64,000 nucleotides of DNA from assembly GCA_965213925.1 (NCBI GenBank), contig OZ243927.1, positions 4,288,001-4,352,000 of the forward strand, written 5' to 3'. Position numbers and translations under genes: made by a program. The stretch comes from Trueperaceae bacterium (lineage in GTDB: Bacteria; Deinococcota; Deinococci; Deinococcales; Trueperaceae). A model generated the notes under the pieces. It saw only the letters and a list, made by a program, of their open reading frames with translations, ran no database searches and had not been told where the DNA came from. Positions 56,957 through 64,000 of this stretch are shown in pieces (position 1 is the stretch's first letter; every line of letters begins with the position of its first letter).

Positions 56957-58117
56957 ATGACGCTTACCCCGGGCACGCGCTACGCGCTCACCGAAGAAAC
57001 TCAGCGAAGATTAGACGTTACTGCGCGGCTGCGCGGGCTCTTCTCGAGCTGGGGCTACGCAGCGGTGGATGTCCCCGTCTTAGAACCCTACGACCCCGCG
57101 CACCCCGCCGCTGAGAACGCCTTCAAGTTAGGCGGCTTGGAGGGCGACTTGCTCGCCTTACGCGCCGACTTCACCCCGGCGATCGCCCGCATGGTCAAGC
57201 TGCATTACCCCGAGGTGGCTTCTGGAATGCCGGGGCGTTTTCAGTACTGCGGACGACTCTGGCGCACCGTCGTCCCCGACATCGCCCGGACCCGCGAATT
57301 CACCGAAATAGGCACTGAACTCGTCGGCGTTTCGAACCCGAAAGCGGACGCAGAACTCGTTCATTTGGCTAGGGAGGCGGTGCGCGAGGTCGGTCTAACG
57401 CCCCGCGTGGAGGTCGGCAATCCCGGCTTCGTGCGTACGCTCTTCGACCTTGCTGAGATTCCGAATGATGCTCGTGAAACGCTAGCGAGCGCGATTGACC
57501 GCAAAGACGTAACGACGCTGCGCACCCTCTTAGAGCCCTATCGCCTCAACCCTGAGCTGAGAGACGCGCTTACGGGCGTGCCCGACCTCTATGGCGAGGT
57601 CGGTATGTTAGAGGAGGCGAAGCGCCTCACGCCCTGGGCGGAGACACGCGCCGAGATCGAGCGCCTAGAGGTCATCCTAAACGAGTTCGAGGACGACAGC
57701 GAACTCCTTTTAGACCTAGGGATGGCGCGGCGCCTAAGCTACTACACGGGGATGACCTTTCGCGCGTACACCTTCGACTTCGGGCAACCTCTTCTGGGCG
57801 GCGGACGCTACGACGGGGCGCTCTTGCCCTACGCGGCGGGTTTCGCGCTCGGGCTCGAGCGGCTCCTAAGCGCGACGCCGAGCCGACATGCGGAGGTGAC
57901 GCCGCTCGTGCTCAGTTTGGACGACGACGCCTCGAGACACCTCCGCGCCCACGGCTACCCCGTCGAACGTGCGCTCGTGAGCGCACTGGACGACCTCAAG
58001 CGCTACGCCCGCGCGCGCGGCATCCCCTACCTCTTGAGCGAAAGGGGTTTGGAGCCGCTCGCCGCTGAAAGTCCTTTTTACGAAGAACTGCAGGGGCTGC
58101 TCGAGGTTCCCGCATGA
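56957..58117 (+). CDS. hisZ: ATP phosphoribosyltransferase regulatory subunit
   Basis: [29 protein letters not shown]; coupled to hisG. Confidence 0.92.
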   Translation: MTLTPGTRYALTEETQRRLDVTARLRGLFSSWGYAAVDVPVLEPYDPAHPAAENAFKLGGLEGDLLALRADFTPAIARMVKLHYPEVASGMPGRFQYCGRLWRTVVPDIARTREFTEIGTELVGVSNPKADAELVHLAREAVREVGLTPRVEVGNPGFVRTLFDLAEIPNDARETLASAIDRKDVTTLRTLLEPYRLNPELRDALTGVPDLYGEVGMLEEAKRLTPWAETRAEIERLEVILNEFEDDSELLLDLGMARRLSYYTGMTFRAYTFDFGQPLLGGGRYDGALLPYAAGFALGLERLLSATPSRHAEVTPLVLSLDDDASRHLRAHGYPVERALVSALDDLKRYARARGIPYLLSERGLEPLAAESPFYEELQGLLEVPA

Positions 58118-58755
58118 CCCGCGCCAACCAGACTAAGCTGACGCTCGCCTTACCCAAAGGACGGGTGATGGAGAAGAGCTTGCGGACGTTGCGCCTAGCG
58201 GGGATGCGCTTGCAGGTCGAGAATAGAGGCCGCGCCCTCCGCCATGACGCAGGCGACGCGCTCGTCATCGAGATGCGCAACACAGACGTGCCGACCTACG
58301 TCGACTTGGGCGTGGCGGACGCGGGCATCGTCGGCAAAGACGTACTTTTAGAGTCAGGTCGGGATGTGTACGAGCCCGTGGACTTAGGCTTCGCGTCGTG
58401 CCGCTTGTCGCTCATCCGACCGGCGGGCGAAAGGCATAAAATTCGCCGGGTGGCGAGTAAGTATCCCGCGACGGCGCAAGCTTATCTGCGGCGTCAGGGC
58501 GAAAGCGCCGAAGTGATCAAGCTCGCGGGCAACGTCGAGCTGGCCTGTTTGACCGGGCTAGCCGACGCGGTGGTAGACATCGTCGAAACCGGGGGGACGC
58601 TGCGAGCGAACGGTCTCGAGGAGGTCGAGACGATTCTCTCCTCCTCCGCCCGCTTCGTCGTGAACCGCGCTGCGCTCAAGCTCAAAGCGGACACGTTGCG
58701 GCCGCTTATTGCGGCGCTGAGAGAGGTCACGGGGGAGGTCACGCCGACAGCCTGA
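58114..58755 (+). CDS. hisG: ATP phosphoribosyltransferase (short form)
   Basis: ALPKGR, DVPTYV...[30 protein letters not shown]. Confidence 0.95.
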   Translation: MTRANQTKLTLALPKGRVMEKSLRTLRLAGMRLQVENRGRALRHDAGDALVIEMRNTDVPTYVDLGVADAGIVGKDVLLESGRDVYEPVDLGFASCRLSLIRPAGERHKIRRVASKYPATAQAYLRRQGESAEVIKLAGNVELACLTGLADAVVDIVETGGTLRANGLEEVETILSSSARFVVNRAALKLKADTLRPLIAALREVTGEVTPTA

Positions 58756-58765
58756 GGTAAATTAG

Positions 58766-58931
58766 TACACCGTCAACTAAACAATGAAGCATGTCATTCT
58801 GAGCGGAACGCAGTGGAGCGTAAGAATCTCTGACCTTGCTGACTCCTCTGACAGAGAACGAAAGACGAGACCCTCACGCCTTCGGCTCAGGGTGACATGC
58901 TAACAAGTAGCAATACTTGCTTAACGGTATA
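58766..58931 (-). mobile_element. MITE family A copy 4
   Basis: TACACCGTCAACTAA...GTCATTCTGAGC...CTCAGGGTGAC...TTAACGGTATA. Confidence 0.82.
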
Positions 58932-59010
58932 ATTAGTTCAACGTCGCAAACTGGCTCGGTGTGTCGTGGAACTGCCGATTATAGTGAGCTTGCGACCTCG
59001 AGCTAATAAA

Positions 59011-59037
59011 AAGAGCCGAGACTATCTCTCGGCTCTT
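59011..59037 (-). terminator. Terminator of the PPIase gene
   Basis: AAGAGCCGAGA-CTATC-TCTCGGCTCTT with a T-run on the minus strand. Confidence 0.7.
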
Positions 59038-59057
59038 CCTTATGTAGCGGCTTAGGC

Positions 59058-60227
59058 TTACTGTCCGCCCGTCCCGCCACCCGTTCCTGAGGGTGCGGCT
59101 GGCGCGGCTGGCGCGGCTGGCTGCGGCAAGTTCTCGGGAAAGGTCTCTAGGTCCGCGTTCTCGCGCAAATCGCTGATCGTTTGGCTGAGCCGCTCGTTAG
59201 CGAGCTGCGCGCGAATCTGCTCGCGCACCTCTTCTAAGGGAACCGCGCCCGCTTCGTTTTTGTCCGTCACGCGGATGATATGGTAGCCGAACTGCGTTTC
59301 GACCGGTCCGACCGTTTCGCCGACTTCGGCGTTAAAGGCGGCCTCTTCGAAGGGCTGGACGAACGACCCTCTCGACACGCAGCCGAGGTCGCCGCCGCGC
59401 GCCGCGCTGCCGGGGTCTTGGCTGCGCTCTTCGGCGAGCTGGGCGAAGTCGCCGCCGTCGTTGAGTTGCGTCAGGATTTCGTTCGCTTCGTCCTGAGTTT
59501 CGACTAGGATGTGGCTCGAGCACACCTCTTCCGGCGTCTCGAACTGCGCCTGGTTCTCCCCATAGAAGGTCTGGATCGCTTCGTCACCTACCTCGACCTC
59601 TTCGCGTAGGGCGTTGACGACTTGCTGGATGCGCAAGTTGTCGCGGATGAGCCCGCGAAGTTGCGCTTCGCTCTCGAAGCCCGCTTCGGAGAGGGCTTGT
59701 TGGAAGGCCTCGTCGCTTGCGCCGCCCGTTTCACCGCCGCCAGTGCTTCCGCCCGTCGCGCCACCCGTCTCGGCTTGCGGCGCGCTTCCCGCGAGACCCT
59801 GGCGCACCTGCGTGATCTGCTGCTCGACCTCTTCATCTGAAACCTGGATGCCGCGCGCTTCCGCCTCTTGCAGCAAGACCTGCTCGGTCGCGAGCTGGTC
59901 TAAAAACTGCGGGCGGAGGTTGCCGAGCTGCGCTAAGACCTGCTCGTTGAGGGGCAGACCCTGCTGCGCGGCGATGTTACGTAGCGCGATGCTGAAGCGC
60001 TCCTCGAACTCCTCTTGGGTGATGGTCTCGTCGCCGAGTTGGATAATCGGGGCGTCGGGGTTTAAGTCACCGCCGACGAGGGGCACATCGGTCGTCCCCG
60101 CCGCACCACCGGTTTGACCACCTGTTTGGGCGGAGCCGAAGACGAGAACCGCGAGGGTCGCGAGGATAAGAAGGCTGAAAAGCGCAACGGGTAGGCGCTT
60201 ATTTTTAGGTTGGTTCGAGTCAGGCAT
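59058..60227 (-). CDS. Parvulin-type peptidylprolyl isomerase (PrsA/SurA-like)
   Basis: SHILV, FAQLAEERSQDPGSAARGGDLG, PVETQFGYHII; N-terminal signal/anchor. Confidence 0.9.
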   Translation of the reverse strand: MPDSNQPKNKRLPVALFSLLILATLAVLVFGSAQTGGQTGGAAGTTDVPLVGGDLNPDAPIIQLGDETITQEEFEERFSIALRNIAAQQGLPLNEQVLAQLGNLRPQFLDQLATEQVLLQEAEARGIQVSDEEVEQQITQVRQGLAGSAPQAETGGATGGSTGGGETGGASDEAFQQALSEAGFESEAQLRGLIRDNLRIQQVVNALREEVEVGDEAIQTFYGENQAQFETPEEVCSSHILVETQDEANEILTQLNDGGDFAQLAEERSQDPGSAARGGDLGCVSRGSFVQPFEEAAFNAEVGETVGPVETQFGYHIIRVTDKNEAGAVPLEEVREQIRAQLANERLSQTISDLRENADLETFPENLPQPAAPAAPAAPSGTGGGTGGQ

Positions 60228-60445
60228 GGCGTTCCCTTCGGAGAAGCATCGTTGATTGCGCGAGGTTCACTAATTCGGAAGTATAAAATAATGTAACCGG
60301 ACGCTGCTAGAAAACCCTATCACCTAAAAGATGAGAAAGGGTCGCTCTGGGTAACGCCGGGCTTCATGGGGCATACAAAAATCTCCTCTCGATTTGCCGC
60401 ACTAGATTGCTGGCAAAGGAGAGGAGGTTCAGTTGCTACTTAGCG

Positions 60446-61387
60446 TTACGCCGCTTTCGCTTCGGCTTCGCTCAGCTCGCGCAGTTCCTCGTAGAGTCTG
60501 AGGTGCGCGTCGGTGAGGACTTCGGGGATGGTAGCGCGGATTTCGGCGAGTTCGTCGCCGCGCGTGCCGTCTTTTTTAGGATAGCCCCGTTCGCGTAGCC
60601 GGAACGAGCGACCCGACTGGGTGCCCGCAGGCAGGTTCATCTCCACGTCGCCGTCTAGCGTCGGGACGCGCACCTTGCCGCCCAACGCGGCGACGTAATC
60701 GGGCACATCCACGACAACACGGATGTTGTCGCCCTCGAGCCGAAACACCGAGTGCTCCTCTAACTTGATCGTCAGGTAGAGGTCGCCGCCACTAGGCGCT
60801 TGCCCGCGCAGCCGCAACTTCGCGCCGTCTTTCGCGCCTTTAGGCAGCGTGACCTCCAGGCGGCGTCCGTCGATGGAGATGACCTTGCTGTCGCCGCGGT
60901 AGGCTTCATCTAAAGGCACGCTGATGTCCGCGTCCACGCGGCGGGGCGCTCGGGCGCGTTCTTGCCGCAGGCTACCAAAGGGGTCTTGACCTCTCGAGCC
61001 TGCTGTCCCCGTGCTGGTGAAAAAGCTCTGTCCACCCGCGCCCGCGAAGCCGCCTCCGAAGAGGCTCTGGAAGAAGTCGCTGAAGTCGCCCTCAGCTGCG
61101 CCGCCGGGCGGGGGTCCCCCAAAGCCGCCCCCGAAACCGCCGCCCCCAGAGAAGTTCGGACGCCCCTCGGCGCTGCCGTAGCGGTCGTAAAACTTGCGCT
61201 TCTCGGGGTCGTTGAGAACGGTGTACGCCTCGTTGACCTCTTTGAACCGTTCCTCTGCTGAGGGGTCGTCCGGGTTGCGGTCGGGGTGATATTTGGCTGC
61301 GAGTTTGCGGTACGCCGAGCGGATGTCCTTCTGGTCGGCGCTGCGCGAGATGCCCAGCGTGTCGTAATAGTCTTTGTAAGCAGCCAT
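60446..61387 (-). CDS. dnaJ: DnaJ-class chaperone without zinc finger (class II/CbpA-like)
   Basis: DYYDTLG...YHPDRNP J-domain, G/F region, no CxxCxGxG. Confidence 0.88.
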   Translation of the reverse strand: MAAYKDYYDTLGISRSADQKDIRSAYRKLAAKYHPDRNPDDPSAEERFKEVNEAYTVLNDPEKRKFYDRYGSAEGRPNFSGGGGFGGGFGGPPPGGAAEGDFSDFFQSLFGGGFAGAGGQSFFTSTGTAGSRGQDPFGSLRQERARAPRRVDADISVPLDEAYRGDSKVISIDGRRLEVTLPKGAKDGAKLRLRGQAPSGGDLYLTIKLEEHSVFRLEGDNIRVVVDVPDYVAALGGKVRVPTLDGDVEMNLPAGTQSGRSFRLRERGYPKKDGTRGDELAEIRATIPEVLTDAHLRLYEELRELSEAEAKAA

Positions 61388-61397
61388 TTAGTCCCCC

Positions 61398-62009
61398 TTA
61401 ACTTTGGTAAACGACGACTCTGGCAGGGCGTACCAAGCGCTCATCCTTGACGAAGCCGACTTGCACAACTTCGGCGATGGTGTTTGCGGCGTTCTTATCT
61501 TCGGTCGGGATAGCGGTCAAAGCTTCGTGCACGTCGGGGTTGAATTCGTCGCCCTGTGCGCCCACCTGGACGATGCCCAGCGCTTCCAAGTTGCGTTTCA
61601 AGCTCTCCTGAACGGCTTCTAAGTTTGGGATGAGCTTGCTCGGGTCGTCGCTGCCGACTCTGAGCGCGCGTTCCAAGTCGTCGTAGGTCGAAAGCACGGT
61701 GATGACGGCGCTGTCTAAACCCGACTCGCGGGCGCGAGCGACGTCTTGGGCGGCGCGGCGGCGGTAGTTCTCCAGGTCCGCCCGCGCACGCAAAAAGCGG
61801 TTCTTAAAGTCCGCTGTTTCCTCCTGCGCTTGGCTGAGTTTTTCATGCGCCTGCGCGAGTTCGCTGCGGAGCACCTCGACGTCGGTGACGCCTTCCATAT
61901 CGGTCATGCCTTCGGTCTGAGTATCGGTAGGTGAGGAGGTGACACTCTCGTCAGCCTCCCCTATGATCTCTTCCGCGGTCTTTAGTTTGTCGTCGGTTAG
62001 GTCGGCCAT
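61398..62009 (-). CDS. grpE: Nucleotide exchange factor GrpE
   Basis: RARADLENYRRR, FNPDVHEA, RLVRPARV. Confidence 0.95.
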   Translation of the reverse strand: MADLTDDKLKTAEEIIGEADESVTSSPTDTQTEGMTDMEGVTDVEVLRSELAQAHEKLSQAQEETADFKNRFLRARADLENYRRRAAQDVARARESGLDSAVITVLSTYDDLERALRVGSDDPSKLIPNLEAVQESLKRNLEALGIVQVGAQGDEFNPDVHEALTAIPTEDKNAANTIAEVVQVGFVKDERLVRPARVVVYQS

Positions 62010-62012
62010 GAT

Positions 62013-63899
62013 TTATCCTGCGGGTTTGAAGTCGGCGTCCACGACGTCTTCGTCGTCCTGGGGCGGCGCGTCCTGTCCACCTTGTTCGCCGTCCTGGGGC
62101 TCTTGTGGCGCGTTCGCCTGCTGGAACGCGGCGAGCTTCTCGGCTAACTCTTGCCCGATCTCTTCCAAGCGGCTTTTGGGCGCGTCGCTGTCGATGGCGC
62201 TCTGCGCTTCGGCAACCGTGCGCTTGACGGGCTGCTTGTCCTCGTCGGAGGCGCTTTCCGCCTCGTCCACGACCTTCTGCGCTTGGGCGCGGAGCGAGTC
62301 GAGCGCGTTCTTCGCTTCGATGTGCTCGCGGGCTTCGCGGTCTTTTTCGGCGTTGGCTTGCGCGTCTTGGACCATGCGCTCGACTTCGTCCTCGGCGAGC
62401 GTCGTGGTGTTCTGAATGGTGATGGACGCCTCTTTGCCCGTGGACTTCTCCTTCGCGGTGACGTTCAAGATGCCGTTCGCGTCGATGTCGTAGGAGATTT
62501 CGACCTGGGGCATACCCGCCATCATCGGGGGGATGCCGTCCAACTTAAAGCGGCCTAAGGACTTGTTGTCGTTCGCCATCGAGCGCTCGCCCTGGAGGAC
62601 GTGCACCTCGACGCCCGTCTGGTTGTTCTCGGCGGTGGTGAAGGTCTCGGACTTGCGCACCGGGATGGCGGTATTGCGCTCGACGAGCTTGGTAAATACG
62701 CCGCCCTTAGTCTCGACGCCCAAGGAGAGCGGGGTCACGTCTAAGAGGACGATGTCGTCCACGTCGCCGGTTAAAACGCCCGCTTGCACCGCTGCGCCGA
62801 GTGCCACGACCTCGTCAGGGTTGACCGACTGGTTGGGCGCTTTGCCGAGCATTTCCTGGACGATCTTCTTCACGGCGGGCACGCGGCTCGAGCCTCCCAC
62901 CAAGATCACTTCGTCGATGTCGCTCTTGGAGAGCTTCGCGTCCTTGAGTGCCGCTTCGACGGGTCCGCGAACGCGGTCTAAAAGAGGTGAGATGAGTTCT
63001 TCGAACTTGCTCCTCGAGAGCTTCTTCTCCAAGTACAAGGGCGCGTTCGACGCCGGGTCCATCGCGATGAAGGGCAAGCTGATGGTCGTCTCGGGAATGC
63101 CCGAAAGCTCGATTTTCGCCTTCTCCGCCGCTTCGATGAGGCGCTGGAGCGCCTGCTTATCTTTGCGCAGGTCGACGTTGTACTCTTTCTTGAAGTCTTC
63201 CGCGAGCCAGTTGACGATGGCGTAGTCGAAGTCCGAGCCGCCCAAATGCGTGTCGCCCGAGGTCGAGCGCACTTCAAAGACGCCGTCACCGACTTCGAGT
63301 ACGGACACATCGAAGGTGCCGCCGCCTAAGTCGAAGACTAAAACCGTCTCGTTACCTTTTCTCTCTAAACCGTACGCCAGAGCTGCGGCGGTCGGCTCGT
63401 TGACGATGCGCAAAACATCTAAACCCGCGATTTTACCCGCGTTCTGGGTCGCTTCACGCTGCGAGTTATTGAAGTACGCAGGAACCGTAATGACCGCTTT
63501 CGTGATCTTCTCACCTAGAGTTGAGGAGGCATCCTCGACGAGCTTTTGCAAGACCATCGCGGAAACTTCTTCGGGGGTGTACTTCTTGTTGCCGACGACA
63601 AAACGCACGCCGCCGTCGTCGCCGCGCACCACTTCGTAAGGGGAGCGCTCGGCTTCCTCTTTAACTTCGTCCCAGGTGCGCCCCATGTAGCGCTTCACTT
63701 CGAAAAGCGTACCTTGCGCGTTCAGGACCGCTTGGCGCTTCGCGACCTGTCCAACAAGGCGCTGCTCGTCCTTGAAAGCCACCACGGACGGCGTGGTGCG
63801 GTTGCCCTCGCTGTTGACCAAAACGGTGGGTTCGCCACCTTCCATCACCGCGATGACGCTGTTGGTCGTACCTAAGTCTATGCCTACTGCTTTTGCCAT
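62013..63899 (-). CDS. dnaK: Chaperone DnaK
   Basis: [31 protein letters not shown]. Confidence 0.98.
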   Translation of the reverse strand: MAKAVGIDLGTTNSVIAVMEGGEPTVLVNSEGNRTTPSVVAFKDEQRLVGQVAKRQAVLNAQGTLFEVKRYMGRTWDEVKEEAERSPYEVVRGDDGGVRFVVGNKKYTPEEVSAMVLQKLVEDASSTLGEKITKAVITVPAYFNNSQREATQNAGKIAGLDVLRIVNEPTAAALAYGLERKGNETVLVFDLGGGTFDVSVLEVGDGVFEVRSTSGDTHLGGSDFDYAIVNWLAEDFKKEYNVDLRKDKQALQRLIEAAEKAKIELSGIPETTISLPFIAMDPASNAPLYLEKKLSRSKFEELISPLLDRVRGPVEAALKDAKLSKSDIDEVILVGGSSRVPAVKKIVQEMLGKAPNQSVNPDEVVALGAAVQAGVLTGDVDDIVLLDVTPLSLGVETKGGVFTKLVERNTAIPVRKSETFTTAENNQTGVEVHVLQGERSMANDNKSLGRFKLDGIPPMMAGMPQVEISYDIDANGILNVTAKEKSTGKEASITIQNTTTLAEDEVERMVQDAQANAEKDREAREHIEAKNALDSLRAQAQKVVDEAESASDEDKQPVKRTVAEAQSAIDSDAPKSRLEEIGQELAEKLAAFQQANAPQEPQDGEQGGQDAPPQDDEDVVDADFKPAG

Positions 63900-63979
63900 G
63901 GTTTCTCCTTTTGTGTTCGGGTCTTTAGTCTGCCTTGCAGTCGGTGGGATGAAGATGTGTTCAAATATTCTGGAGAATA

Positions 63980-64000
63980 TCTAAGTGCAAGGCACTCAAT
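63980..64000. promoter_or_regulatory. HAIR-like HspR operator
   Basis: Minus strand ATTGAGT-N7-ACTTAGA versus consensus CTTGAGT-N7-ACTCAAG, upstream of dnaK. Confidence 0.6.

Noticed and set aside
62151..63875. Long antisense ORFs opposite dnaK (also opposite gyrA, carB and SLC13)
   Set aside because: Shadow frames expected from high-GC codon bias in conserved genes.
1..64000. CRISPR array, tRNA, rRNA, integrase or transposase
   Set aside because: No regularly spaced repeat-spacer units, no cloverleaf or rRNA signatures, and no transposase or recombinase motifs in any ORF.

Overview
GC-rich bacterial chromosomal segment, most likely Deinococcota (Trueperaceae/Truepera-like). This is inferred from a Thermus-type APRT, HisZ plus short HisG, a CarB with a shortened C-terminus, a copZ-csoR pair, many leaderless genes and a HAIR-like box before dnaK. 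Housekeeping genes (dnaG, gyrA, carB, hisZG, mtnN, cysQ, dnaK-grpE-dnaJ, methylmalonyl-CoA mutase) are mixed with accessory modules: an AirS/YhcY-like GAF kinase with a NarL-type regulator, an SDR/QueA-paralog/VOC/MBL/SnoaL operon, a copper island (csp3, copZ, csoR), a LacI-controlled sugar ABC/glucosidase operon and a HAD/GT4 pair. Intergenic DNA holds at least three families of TA-ended MITEs, GTAG-type REPs and heptamer-based hairpins. Main features the ORF track misses: (1) a mazF toxin split by a 265-bp MITE with a 3-bp TSD; (2) a leaderless polyproline leader peptide with alternative anti-SD pairing ahead of an EamA exporter; (3) four DnaA boxes phased 11 bp apart at the cysQ RBS; (4) a non-canonical QueA operon with a translationally coupled uORF and a NarL/LiaR-type box; (5) strong CTCGAG enrichment. 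No rRNA, tRNA, CRISPR array or transposase was seen. All product calls come from motif recognition by eye, not database searches.
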